DNA from: Octopus sinensis
Taxonomy: Eukaryota
Length of the DNA: 64,000 nt
Reading direction: 5' to 3'
Assembly (NCBI RefSeq): GCF_006345805.1
Contig: NC_043001.1
Coordinates: 10,044,001-10,108,000 of the forward strand
The stretch's first letter is position 1. The number at the start of each line of letters is the position of its first letter. The notes beneath the pieces were generated by a model. That model was not told the origin of the DNA, made no database searches, and saw only the letters and a program-made list of their open reading frames with translations. This document shows positions 1 through 12,741 of the stretch, piece after piece. Both the position numbers and the translations under genes were made by a program.

Positions 1-163
1 GATTATATCGACCCCAGTATGTAACTGGTGCTTTATTTATCGACCCCGAAAGGATGAAAGGCAAATCAACCTCGGCGGATTTTGAACTCAGAACGTAACA
101 GCAGACAAAATACGGCTATGCATTTCGCCCGGAGTGCTAAAGTTTCTGCCAGCTCACCGCCTT
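1..163 (-). mobile_element. SINE family A (tRNA-derived head, Nin/Deu-like domain), cut by the window edge
   Basis: Reverse complement reads GGCGGTGAGCTGGCAGAAAC...GAGTTCAAAATCCGCCGAGGTTGATTTGCCTTTCATCCTTTCGGGGTCGATAAATAAAGCACCAG, matching other copies in the window; Pol III A/B-box-like motifs. Confidence 0.85.
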
Positions 164-676
164 AATAATGATTTATGTATACTACCAATTCAGTGTAGGT
201 TTAGTTAGCATCCATGCTGCATAGATGAAATTTTCTCTTTGAGGAGGATTCTAGAACAACTGTGGAATTACTAACAGTGAATTATTCCATGCTTTGTGAA
301 TTTCGCATCAGTCTTTTATTCTACTGAATACAGCATGCCCTGGGATTTCCTGATGACAGATTGACTACCTAGCAAACTGCAGAATGTCATTAGTGGACAC
401 TGCAGCTCCACATGAGCAAAGGTAAGTCGTGTCAAGGAAAGTGAGTCATTAAAAATGTTTGTTTAGGTGCCTGTCAAGGCTGTGTTCTCTCTCTTTTGTA
501 TTTGAACTGCAGCATTGACTGAAATGCAGCACATTGTTTGGCAGGTTTCCATTGCCACTCTGAAATGAGAGTTTACTGTCACTGGCCTGCTTAGATATAT
601 GAGCATATGATCCTATTTCTCAATACATAAGTTACTGCCACTGCCAAATTTGTAATGATAGATGAACCTTATTTCA

Positions 677-1078
677 AGGCGGCGAACTGGCAAAAATGTT
701 AGCACGCCGGGCGAAATGCTTAGCGTTATTTTGTCTGCTGTTATGTTCTGAGTTCAAATTCTGCCAAGGTCGACTTTGCCTTTCATCCATTCGGGGACAA
801 TTAAATAAGTACCAGTTGCGCACTGGGGTCAATATAATCGACTTAAACCTTTTGTCTGTCCTTGTTTGTCCTCTCTGTGTTTAGCCCCTTGTGGGTAGTA
901 AAGAAATAGGTATTTTGCCTGCGTTCAAATTCCGCCGAGGTCGACTTTGCTTTTCATCCTTTCGGGGTCGATAAATTAAGTACCAGTTACACACTGAGGT
1001 TGATATAATCGACTTAATCCATTTGTCTATCCTTGTTTGTCTCCTCTGTGTTTAGCCTCTTGTGGGTAGTAAAGAAAA
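677..1078 (+). mobile_element. SINE family A, dimeric copy
   Basis: Head and body followed by a second body starting after AAGAAATAGGTATT; flanked by an imperfect TSD GATGAACCTTATTT / GATGTACCTTATTT. Confidence 0.9.
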
Positions 1079-1541
1079 AGATGTACCTTATTTTGCAATT
1101 ACTTATGCTAGTTCCTAATTTTAAAGGAATCCATTCTATATTTAATATCTTAACTGAAGTGAAAAGCTCTGGAAATAGTTTTTTTAGCTTTAGCTCTATT
1201 TATCAAACTGAAACAAAAGTATGTGAATCAGATTAAATTAATAAGGAAGAGGAAAGTGATGACAGGAATAGGAGTAACTCGTTTACCCTGATGAATGCTT
1301 TATCTCTTTCAATTATCATTTTTAAGTGTTTAGCATTGCTGGTTTAGTGAATCATCATTAAGAACCTAGAGTGTAAAATTTTGTATTTCTTAGAACAAAA
1401 ATTCACTCAATGTATTGGCTGTTGCTATTCCTTATTTCTTCACAACATGTGTTATTTCATAATTATGAAGAGGATTCGCACCAGCAACTGCTGTTATCTT
1501 TATTTTGGCTGAAAAATCAATCATGCATACACTTGAAGATA

Positions 1542-1621
1542 CAGATTGCGCATCTAAACACTATCTCTTGTGGTAATTATCCAGATTGTGCATCTAAACA
1601 CTATCTTTTGTGGTAATTATT
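1542..1621. repeat. 40-bp tandem duplication
   Basis: CAGATTGYGCATCTAAACACTATCTYTTGTGGTAATTAT present twice in tandem. Confidence 0.9.
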
Positions 1622-3325
1622 CTGTTAATAGTCACTAATGTGAAATAATGGCTTAAGTTGGACAATTTCTACAACTTACCTTTTTTTCTGATTCTATACT
1701 CTTTTAGATTATCAGTATAGCAGATATCCAATTAACACATTTGTGTTCTTCAACGATTGAAACTGGTTACTTGCTAGCTGCTCTTCTCTCGGTTTTATTT
1801 AATAAATATTAACAATTTCATTTAGCTGTTTGCTCAAATAACTCTTAATTAATGTGGCTGGAAATTTGATTGTTGATTAATGAAGAATCACAGACAGAAT
1901 AAAATATTTCCCAAGTTAAACACAATATTCACAGCAATGAAGGCATACAAAAGGTGAGAAAATATGTTATAAAATTTGTTAGGTTCATGAATATTGGGAA
2001 AAAAGTTCCAACTTGCAGAAGAATATTCTTTTGGAATGGTTTATTGTGTTAGATTTATTGTTGCCTATAAAAATACAGTCAACAGTAACAATCTTAAAGC
2101 AACAGAGAAGTTTTATTTATTTATGATTTTTTTTTTTATATTATTAGATTTAATATTAAAAATAGAATAAAGTTGTTAAAAAGCGAGTAGAAAATAATTT
2201 ATCTGTCAAACAGATTGGAGCAGAATGGAAGATAGATACATTTGATTGTTGAAATTTTCAACTGAATGACATCTAATAAGTTGTCATAGTGAGTTTTAGA
2301 GGATGCATTTAGTGAGAACAAAATGACAGTTAAAACTATTTTCTTGAGAAAATTCTGAATAAACACTAGAATTACTAAGAAATAAATGATACATCTATGG
2401 CATAATGTGGCCAATTCTTTTTCTTCTTTTTTTTATTTATATGAATAGAAAACTGTAAAATGTACAATGAAATAAATTGTTTTTCTTTTAAAATTCTGCA
2501 AGAAAATGAATAAAAAATATATATATAATAATTCAAAAAGTAAGCTATACTGTTTTGTGATGTCAAAATGAAAATATCTATGCAAAGCTTTACAAAATAA
2601 CTATTTACAAATTTGCAATTGTAAACAGTCAGGTTGTAACTTAAAAGATTATTTGTGTTATATTATGTGTGGATTATAAGAAGCAAGAATGCAATATATC
2701 TTGCTAAATAGAACACTAACAGTTAAACATATTTTAACATAAAGAAGAGTTTTCAGACGAAATCTGTTGCTTATAAGAGGGATTCTGTTATGGATAATGG
2801 TTGTATTGCCTAGAATAATTAACAATTTAATTCTCCATTTACGTTTCAATTTATCTTACTTGACTGGATATAATTCCAACATAAATGATCATTCTTTAAA
2901 AATACATTACAGTCATTTTATAGAATATATTCTTCAAAGAAATCTGGTTGATAATAGGAATATGAAAGCGAAAATATACAAGTAGGTCATTGGCTCAGCC
3001 ATGTATGCATGGAGGGGAAACATTTTAGTTGCAGGCTTTCAGATACCTTAGCATTAGTATTGAGAGGATAAATGATTTTGTATGTGTGTATATATGCACA
3101 CACACACACAAACAGAGGAGGAAGAGCTGTGCCTATAATACAATATAAAACTTTTGTGAGGATTTGAACAAGTTACCTTCAGATTGGAGACCAGATCCAA
3201 ATACCACTGAAGGTGTTTTATGACCAGGCCGCAGCCTTGATCAGGGCAACAGATGAATTCTGCTACCTAAGTTGTTTTATTAATATTTCTCTTCTAGCCA
3301 ATCAGCAGCTACTAAATCTTTATCT

Positions 3326-3505
3326 CTCTTTTACTCTTTTACTTGATTCAGTCATTTGACTGTGGCCATGCTGGAGCACTGTCTTTAGTCGAGAAAATCG
3401 ACCCTAGTACTTATTCTATCGGTGTCTTTTGCTGAACCACTAAGTTATGGGGACGTAAACACACCACCATTGGGTGTCAAGCAATGCTGGGGGAACACAG
3501 ACACA

Positions 3506-3541
<36 letters not shown>

Positions 3542-3767
3542 ACACACACACACACACACACAGACACACACAGACACACACACACACACATATATATATA
3601 TATTCGACAGGCTTCTTTCAGTTTCCATCTACCAAATCCACTCACAAGGCTTTGGTCAACCTGAGGCTATAGCAGAAGACACTTGTCCAAGGTGCCATGC
3701 AGTGGGAATGAACCCGGGACCATGTGGCTGGTAAACAAGCTACTTACCACACAGCCACTCCTGCGTC
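3326..3767 (-). mobile_element. SINE family B (tRNA-derived, CORE-like motif) with internal (CA)n/(TA)n
   Basis: Reverse complement has GGAGTGGCTGTGTGGTAAG (A-box-like), GGTTCATTCCC (B-box-like), CCTTGGACAAGT and an AAGTAAAAGAG tail; matches other copies. Confidence 0.9.
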
Positions 3768-5932
3768 TATGCTAAGAACTTATGAATTTTTTAACTGATC
3801 TCTGAGAGAAGTAGGTGTAAGAGGCACAAGAGGCAGGAGAGTAATATTGTTGCATGATTGTGTATTCTTGTAGAGAAGAACAGTTCAGTGCTCATGGGTT
3901 GTTCCTTTAGGAGAGCTTACGGAACCCTGGACTTAGTAAAACTCATTCTGTAAACAACTGGCATCCAGTTGCTTGGCTTATTCATCACATGCACCCACCC
4001 CTATCTTTTTTTTTTCGTTTCATTTTTGTTTTTGCTTTCTATATGAAATGGATTCTGTCCAGGTATTTGAACAAAAATACAACCGAACACTATACCGAAA
4101 TATGAATTTTCATTTCGTCATCAGCTGTTTGTTCATTGTGACTCCCTTGTTTTGAAATGCAGCATGTCATATTGGAAAATAAATGCTTATTTCTGGAATT
4201 GCTGTCAGCCTTTTTAGGTGTTTAAATTGTCTTAATTTCAGAACCAGTTTCGTTTCTCATCTTCAATGATTATTTGTCTTGGTTTTGAGTATGAATTAAC
4301 CAGCATCAAAATGTGCAAATAATAGACTTGCTGATGTCAGTGCTATGAGGACCCTACTAATCAACACCGTGTGTATGGGGGGTGGGGGTGTAACATATGA
4401 CTTGTCTTAAGAATTTGTGAAGTAATTTAATCATATCTAACAGGAAATAAGATATGAAAATATAACTTGTGTATATTATTGTTGCTGGTTTGTAAAGATG
4501 AAAGAAGGATGAATATACAAGGTTTAATGACCATGTCAACATAGGATCATTTATGCAGAGAGGAGATTTCAGAAAACCTGTAATTAGAACCTGTAATTCT
4601 ATGAAAAATGTGTGAGTGTGTTTTGAAATGGATTTTTAGATATGAGCAACTGTGTCAAAAGTAAGTAAATACCATGCAATTTTGACAGTATGGACTGCTG
4701 AGAACAATCTCACCCATCAGTAGAACTATAGCATCCATCAGTAACTTGGTGGCTGTTGTTCAGATTCCAAGCCATAGTTACAGTTTGTTCTATCAACATT
4801 GACATATGCTGCCATTTCTGTGAATCTGGTATTCATATCTACTGGTCATAAATATTGATATTTTTAAGAACATTATGAAGTAACAAATAAACTCAGGTGC
4901 TTTAAATGTAGGTGGTCAAAACGAAAAAAAATAATAAAATGCCACTTATGGTGAAAATTTATGCAGATTATTATATGCAGAAAATTACACCCAACTATTG
5001 CACACAGTAAACATCAGTATTTTATGATAAAGTAATCATTCTAATATAAAAGCAAATGTCTACTAATGTAATTTAAGGCTGTAGAATTTTATAATATATT
5101 ATCATGGGTTTTACATCCATCTTTTATTGCTGGCATGGATGGATGGTCAGAAATACATGAAGCCTTTGTCTAAGCCTATTATCACTGAATACCCTTTTGT
5201 GTTATGAATTATTTTGACAGCAGATGAGAGGCAGCCTTACAAGATTTGTAGTCTTCTTTGCTCTTATCAGTTTTATTTTAATGTGACCACTCCATTAGGT
5301 TGTTCTTGTTCATAATAGCATATAAAGCCGTGGTTGATGCCGGGAGGTAAGCAAGGAAAGACAAAGTGAAAGATAGAATATGGTTTTAATATAGATATGT
5401 GCTGAATAATGAGAGCTATCTGTCATTGACACTAGTAACATTTGATATTGGCTTGTAATTTAGTATATTGATTGAGGGAACAGATTTTAGTGAGGATGTG
5501 TATCAACCAATTTCTGCATTAAATACAGCTGAATGTTATGAAGATAAGCATAATGAACATCATCATCATCATCTGTTCATATAATTCATTCTGAAAACTG
5601 CTTGTGGCTGTTGTTGCAGCAAACACGAGTATAGGAAGCATTTGAAATCTTTCTCATTCTGTGCTTATTATTTTGAGAAATGAGAGTTTTTTTGCCGAAA
5701 TTTCACCTAAACGAATCTGTTTTATGTCAGACATTATTAATGGTTTTATTATAATCTATGCCTTAACAGTCGACCAACTTTTGCATTAAATAGAGCCAAA
5801 TATGATCTGAAGATAAGTTGAACGAGTATGACTTATTCTGAAAACTGCCTGTTACTGTTGGTGCATTTCACCAGTTAACTTCACCGGAAGAAGGTGCATA
5901 AGTATGTTAGGAAATAGTTACTGAAAAGATAA

Positions 5933-6631
5933 TAAACAAACAGGTTCTTCATGACAAAAGAAATCATATCTTAGTAGCAAATGGCTACATATATATAAAC
6001 AATTTTGGTGGAATTTGGAGCATGGAATATTTGTAACAGCAGAGGTATGTGTGCAAAGCAGAAATTGTTTTTTCTTACAGGAGTGGCTGTGTGGTAAGTA
6101 GCTTGCTAACCAACCACATGGTTCCGGGTTCAGTCCCACTGTGTGACATCTTGGGCAAGTGTCTTCTGCTATAGCCCCGGGCCGACCAATGCCTTGTGAG
6201 TGGATTTGGTAGACGGAAACTGAAAGAAGCCTGACGTATATATGTATATATATGTATATATGTGTATGTGTGTGTGTTTGTGTGTCTGTGTTTGTCCCCC
6301 TAGCATTGCTTGACAACTGATGCTGGTGTGATTATGTCCCCGTCACTTAGTGGTTCGGCAAAAGAGACCGATAGAATAAGTACTGGGCTTACAAAGAATA
6401 AGTCCCGGGGTCGATTTGCTCGACTAAAGGCGGTGCTCCAGCATGGCTGCAGTCAAATGACTGAAACAAGTAAAAGAGTAGAAGAGTAAACAAACAAGTT
6501 CTTCATAGCAAAAGAAATCGTATCTTAGTAGCAAATGGCAATATATGTATAAACAATTTCAGTGGAATTTGGAGCATGGAATATTTGTGACAGCAGAGGT
6601 ATGTGTGCAAAGCAGAAATTGTTTTTTCTTA
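5933..6631. repeat. 145-bp direct repeats (5933-6077 and 6487-6631) flanking a SINE
   Basis: TAAACAAACARGTTCTTCAT...GCAAAGCAGAAATTGTTTTTTCTTA occurs on both sides of the SINE with roughly 10 substitutions. Confidence 0.9.
6078..6487 (+). mobile_element. SINE family B, near full length
   Basis: CAGGAGTGGCTGTGTGGTAAG...GGTTCAGTCCC...CTTGGGCAAGT...TGACTGAAACAAGTAAAAGAG. Confidence 0.92.
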
Positions 6632-8455
6632 AATATTACAAATCTATTTGTTTTCCCACAACATAAATTGAATATTGCTTCAAATTGCATATAAATTGAT
6701 AGTCATCATTTTATGCCTGGCTCTACTTTCTGTTGATAACAACCTAATCATGAAATTTTGGAGAGTACCTGTTTTTCAATGCTGTAGATTAAAGCAAAAA
6801 GCACTAGTTTGATTTCCCAAAAACGTTACGTACTGTCCCTAAAGAATGTATCATTGGGTCAGTGTCTTAGCTATTATTCTACAATTAATGATACTTTTAA
6901 AACAGGGTTAATATTTATTTATGTTTTTGCTTATGTAACCTATATACTTCGAGTTGGCGAATTTTTATTTCCTGTTCAAAGATTGTGATATTTCTGGTTT
7001 GTGTGGCTGTACATTAAACTCTCGTTTTCATTTTTATATTATTTTAATGGCTGATCTTACATTCATATCATGCTCGTAGGTTTTGTTACATATATATCAT
7101 ACAGATTATAACTTTTATGTTCTTAGCTGAACTTTGTCTAACCATAAAACTGCATAACTTATGATGGTTACAAATGTTTTTTTCTGAGAGTCTATAAACT
7201 TGTTTCAAATATCTATTTTAGTACATTCCGGGGATAAAGAATAATTCCTGTTAGCTATTGATTCCTTCAGTCACCTTCCCTATTCATAACATTTGGGGTA
7301 AACTTAATAGAAGTTGGGAGGGGATATTAACTGAAGCCTTTTTTTTTTATACACGAGAATGATCAAAGTATCTTTTTTGTGCATTTTCCTAAGTATTAAA
7401 TAATGAGTTTTTAAAACAAACCAGAGCTTTAATAATGCTATTTTTACCTACTGTTATTTGAAATACTTGAAATTTAAATAAGGGTGTTAGGGTGAAAAAT
7501 CAAGCTGTAACATTTTTCTGAGAGTGAATGGAAAAAATAGTTCTTTTATATTTCCTGCGATATTCTATTGCTTTCTGCATAGTGTTTCCTTGTTATGGTA
7601 TTGATCAATAATCAGAAGTTTGCGGAATCAATGAAACATTAAGAATAATTCTAGCAGGAATTTGTGGAACCAGGTCATTCAATAGCTTTTTAAAAAATAC
7701 TTGAATATGATTGTGCTCATATTGATCAGCAAGACTATAACATTAGATTCTACTGTGATAACAATTTTAACTGGGATCTCCTTACACTGTGCAGTTTATT
7801 TTCCATATTAATACATACACACTCACACACGCTTTCATAGCTTAGAGAAGTGTTTACAATCAACTCACACAGTGAGTGCTCTACCATAAACATCATTAAA
7901 TAATTTCTCAGATAATGTTATGAACATACTATACCTTTCATGGTCTACAGGATATTGTCCTATTTCTAGAGAAGTTAATGCATATCTGTTGAGATGACCC
8001 ACTCTATAAGATAATGTATATGAAAGGAAAAATTCTGTTACATGCTGCATGAATTCTCTATACATTATTCAAGTAATTTAAAGAAAATATTATTCTTTCA
8101 ATATTTATTATTGATATTGTAAAGAATAGCAATTAAGCTACTGTACTACTTTCCTGGTGAAGATGTGTTTCTTGTGTTATTACATTCTTTAAGAAAACTT
8201 TTAACCGTATATGTTTCATTATACCTAAGTGTGTGCATTTGTTAAAGTGTCAAACCTTAAACACCTGCTTTAATGGTGTATGAATATGTCAGTGCTTTAA
8301 AACCATCCTATTCTAGCAGGCATGTATAAGTGTATTAAAGGACACTTGTAAGTGTTCATTTGCTACCTAAAGCTTGAAGCATTTATGAAATTATTTAATG
8401 TGTCTGTACTGTTGGTATACAGGAGCATCTGGCAAGTAATGGTACGTGTAACTAT

Positions 8456-9130
8456 AAGGCGGCAAGCTGGCAGAAATGTTAGCACATCGGGCAAAATGCT
8501 CAGCAGTATTTCGTCTGTCGCTACGTTCTGAGTTCAAATTCCGCCGAGGTTGACTTTGCCTTTCATCCTTTTGGGGTCAATTAAATAAGTACCAGTTATG
8601 CACTGGGGTCGTTATAATCTACTTAATCTACTTTTAAGGGCGGTGAGCTGGCAGAAACGTTAGCATGCCGGGCGAAATGCGTAGCCGTATTTCGTCTGCC
8701 GTTACGTTCTGGGTTCAAATTCCGCCGAGGTCGACTTTGCCTTTCATCCTTTCGGGGTCGATAAATTAAGTACCAGTTACACACTGGGGTCGATGTAATT
8801 GACTTAATCCGTTTGTCTGTCCTTGTTTATCCCTTCTGTGTTTAGCCCCTTGTGGGTAATAAAGAAATATATAATCTACTTAATCAGTTAGTCTTTCCTT
8901 GTTTGTCCCTTCTATGTTTAGCCCCCTGTGAGTAGTAAAGAAATAGGTATTTCGTCTGCCGCTACATTCTGAGTTGAAATTCCGCCGAGGTCGACTTTAT
9001 CTTTCATCCTTTTGGGATCGATAAATTAAGTACCAGTTACGCACTAGAGTCAATGTAATGGACTTAATCAATTTGTCTGTTCTTGTTTGTCCCCTCTGTG
9101 TTTAGCCCCTTGTGGGTAGTAAAGAAATAT
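8456..9130 (+). mobile_element. SINE family A dimeric copy with a second family A copy (about 8637-8869) nested inside
   Basis: Outer copy is interrupted after ATAATCTACTTAATC and resumes with the same 15-mer at about 8871. Confidence 0.88.
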
Positions 9131-9337
9131 ATATGTAATTATTGAATATTTAAGGGGCACTAACTCTGAAGATACTTGTTAAAGTAATTTGGACCCAGTT
9201 TGTATAAACCTTAGTAATTTAGTTTATTGGCTAAAATATTGGTAGGAATATTACTTATCTGTAAATTTCAACAGGAATATTTTGAAAGGTATTTATAAGA
9301 ATTTATGTTCTTTCAAAAGAAGAAAATGAAGACAGTG

Positions 9338-10716
9338 TACAAGGTCTGTCCAAAAGGAAACTAAACTTCAAAAAATATCATGTTCATTCCTTGTTAACCT
9401 GCTTTTTATACCTGCTTTCCTTGCTGGCACAGATTTTATGCTCTAGTTAAACTTGTATTCTTGCAGGTAATTCACCCCACTGTTCATTTCTGTTCCCTTC
9501 ATTTTCCCTATTTTAAATGTGTCCTGAAATGCATTCCCAGGGGTTGTCAGTTATGTACAGATGGTAACTTTTCAGGGTGTGATGCAACTCTGAACCCCTC
9601 CCCGCCAAATGTGGAGTTGCTGACAAATACTGTGAGTAGGGTAGTTGGATATGAGTCCTTTTGTGATTTGCTAGAATGTTATGGATAAGGGTTGTTGTTG
9701 CAGTGCCATGGTTTGTCCATGTCAGAGTCCTTTCTTTCATAGTGCTCTTCTGAAGTGCCTCAGGATATCCAAGTAGAACTTTTTATTGATCATCTCGCCA
9801 TGTGCAACAAAGTCATTTTGAAAGATAGCTTTCCAGTTAAAAATGATAATCAACATTACATTCATATTTGTGCAACTCTGATCTGCTTTACTTTTGATTG
9901 TGACAAGTTTTCCTATCCATTACTATGAATTCCTATTTCAACATCTTAGCCATACACCTACATCTCACCACCTGCTATGGCACTTTCCCATGAAGTTTTC
10001 TCCAACATTCAAAGAATCAAATCACTTCTGATTGATTGTAACTTACTTCTATTTTTACTCCGCTGTTTGCAGATACGGCAAAAATTTTGTAGCAAACTGA
10101 TGTCTCCTCAATTTTTCTTTTAAAATCATATGGCATAAACTATTTTAGATGTCTACTTTTCTGGAAAGTTACCGAACCATCGGGCACTTATCTTTCAGAG
10201 CTCACCACATGCACTTTCAAAATATGATTGTCCCATATTGGGATTTTGTTCATCTGATCACCTTTGGTGGAAGTTTTTACTAATTTAGAATGTCGGTGGT
10301 TGGTGTTAGGAAGGGCATCCAGCTATAGAAACACTGCCAGATCAGACTGGAACCTGGTGCAGCCTCCTGGCTTCCCAGACTCCGGTTGAACCGTCCAACC
10401 CATGCTAGCACGGAAAATGGACGTTAAACGATGACGATGATGATGGTACCAATTGTGACATTGCTTAAGTCTGTTACAATATTAGAAAGCAAAGTATTTT
10501 GCTGTATTTCGAGACAATAATTACTCTTCCAAATCTTTCATAGTTCATCTTGCAACATATTGCCAACAGCACTAAATATATAGTCACTTTAGTATTTTCA
10601 AACTAATGGTCTGATGTGGCTTTCTTACACTGAAGGTCACAGTTATCCATTTGCAACATTGGTGTCACTTAGTGTGCTATTTTAAAACTTTGACTGCTCT
10701 TTGGCCTGGCCTCATA
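9338..10716 (-). mobile_element. Decayed mariner (Tc1/mariner) DNA transposon
   Basis: Minus-strand translation fragments IAGGEM*VYG*DVE (cf. ITGDETWVYGYD), NVMLIIIFNWKAIFQNDFVAHGEMINKKFYLDILR and LPYSQYLS (cf. PPYSPDLAP); imperfect TA-flanked termini TACAAGGTCTGTCCAAAAG / CTCTTTGGCCTGGCCTCATA; about 1.2 kb once the inserted SINE is removed. Confidence 0.8.
10293..10445 (+). mobile_element. Family C SINE / RTE 3' tail inserted in the mariner
   Basis: GTGGTTGGTGTTAGGAAGGGCATCCAGC...GGACGTTAAACGATGACGATGATG. Confidence 0.85.
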
Positions 10717-11498
10717 AACATCAATGCTGAAAAGATTTAACTCAAAGGTCAGAAGGTGGTGCCCTAGTATGTCTGTATCTTTTGACCGAAACCAGCAAAA
10801 AGGAAAATAGAAAAAATACAATGGCTAAACAATTTGCCAGTAACAAAGGAAATAAGAAGTATTTAGACTAAAAAATATGGTTTGTCTCACAAGAAAAGTA
10901 AAATGATGTTAAAGAAATTGTTACCTTACTTCATATAGGTAAATTTTTGCTTAATGGATGCATGCTATACTTTTGTGATTTCATTATTGCTAAAGTAGTT
11001 AATATATCACGGACTAATAAACCCAATTTTTTCTGCATGTGTTACTGTTTATGGGCAGCTATCAGCAGGGGCAGACTGGCCAGGTTGCCAGCTTTGCACC
11101 ATTAGAATCCATATATGGGGGCCCATGTTAGTATCTAAGGGGTCTATCCCCTCAAGTTTGAGAATTCGCTCCTGAAAGAATGCATTACTTCAGCCTGGCT
11201 GTATTTGTAGACAGTAGAAAAAAATACTTTTAACAAAAAATAAAATGAAATGATAGCATTGTAGGTGGGCCCCCAAGTTGTTGTGGGTGGGTCCACTTAG
11301 TCTCCTGGCAACCACTGTTTTTAGACCTAGTCCGCCACAGGCTATCAGTGTGAAATGTGTTTCTTTGCCCTCTTTCTGTGGATGGATTTGCTTTCCTTAG
11401 GTTTGAAACCATATCTGTAGCTCAGGATTTTACAAATTATCCACTCCTCAACAATTATGCAAATCCATACGAGTGAGATTGTTGCCAGAGCAACAAGC

Positions 11499-11883
11499 TG
11501 GCCTCCGTGCCGATGGCACGTTAAAAACACCATTTGAGCATGATCATTACCTGCGCTGCCTTACTAGCTCTTGTGCTGGTGGCACGTGAAAAAACATTCG
11601 AGCGAAGTCGTTGCCAGTGCCGCTGAACTGGCTCCTGTGCAGGTGGCACATAAAAAGCACCATTTGAGTGTGGCCATTGCCACTACTGCCCGACTGGCCC
11701 TCATGCTGCTGGCACATAAAAGCACCTACTACACCCTCAGAGTGGTTGGTCTTAGGATGGGCATCCAGCTGTAGAAACTCTGCCAGATCAGTTTGGAGCC
11801 TGGTGCAGCCATCTGGTTCGCCAGACCTCTGTCAAATCCTCCAACCCATGCCAGCATGGAAAGTGGACGTTAAACGATGATGA
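11499..11883 (+). mobile_element. Family C SINE with four internal modules
   Basis: Four GTGCCGGTGGCACGTAAAAAGCACC-like modules, then the AGGATGGGCATCCAGCTGTAGAAA tail ending GTTAAACGATGATG. Confidence 0.85.
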
Positions 11884-12741
11884 AAATTGAGGCTCTTCTG
11901 AATTATATTATCTCGAGTATTTGTTAAAAACGCTTACATGGATAACAGTAATCTAGTGTAGAACATTAGAATGTTCTAAGTAAAACAAGGCAATGAGTAA
12001 TACCAGAATATGTACAAATTAAAAACTGAAATTACCATTATGGGGAAAAAAGCAATAAACAAAGAATGGGTTAAGAATTGAAATATCTCAAAGCTGTAGC
12101 ATATATATGGGATCTAATTAGTTATCTCTGTACCGATTTCCATATTACGGTTACATCCTTCATTTTGTTTATTTATTTAATTTTTAATTTTCATGGAGTG
12201 CTTTGAAGACTAATTGTTGTGGGTTAATATGAGATACAGGCTTTTGTCTATTAGCTTAGTTCTTGCCTAATTCTAATAATCCAAGATATTGGATGCAGTT
12301 ATGATTTTTAAAAACAATTTCCATTTGTTAGGAATTATTTAGTAAAATATAGGCTTCTTTATATATTTCTATTGTAGAGATTTTAATTTTATTATGAATA
12401 AATGATCACTATCAACTCAGGGAGCATGCTTCATTGCTGCTATGCTGGTTGAGATTTTAGTTGGTTTTGCTTTGATTTTTGAATCAATTATTAAGAAAAT
12501 TATGGTCAAATAAACTGTAAAGTTAGTGTAAAATCTTGACTATGCTGTGGTAAGTTATGTATGTCATTTAAAATCTCAGTAGATGATGGCCTGCATGAGG
12601 AGTAACTTACTGAGATTGTAGAAGCTATGTAAACATGCGGTACCCTTATTTGTGCTTGAAAGTTTAATAAAACCACTAATTGGAAGGAAACAATTATTTG
12701 ATAAAATGTTTAGTAACTTTTATAGATATCAAAATATGAAA

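Noticed and set aside
334-427. Possible exon ending in a strong donor site AAG|GTAAGT at 421/422
   Set aside because: All three frames from the nearest acceptor contain stops and no partner exon was found; it cannot be supported without transcripts.
3422-3734. Recurrent ORFs such as YQIHSQGFG...EDTCPRCH, also at 5918, 32057 and 51861
   Set aside because: They are antisense readings of SINE family B, not a gene family.
6078-6150. tRNA gene suggested by A/B boxes
   Set aside because: These are SINE heads with no complete cloverleaf, and they continue into SINE bodies.
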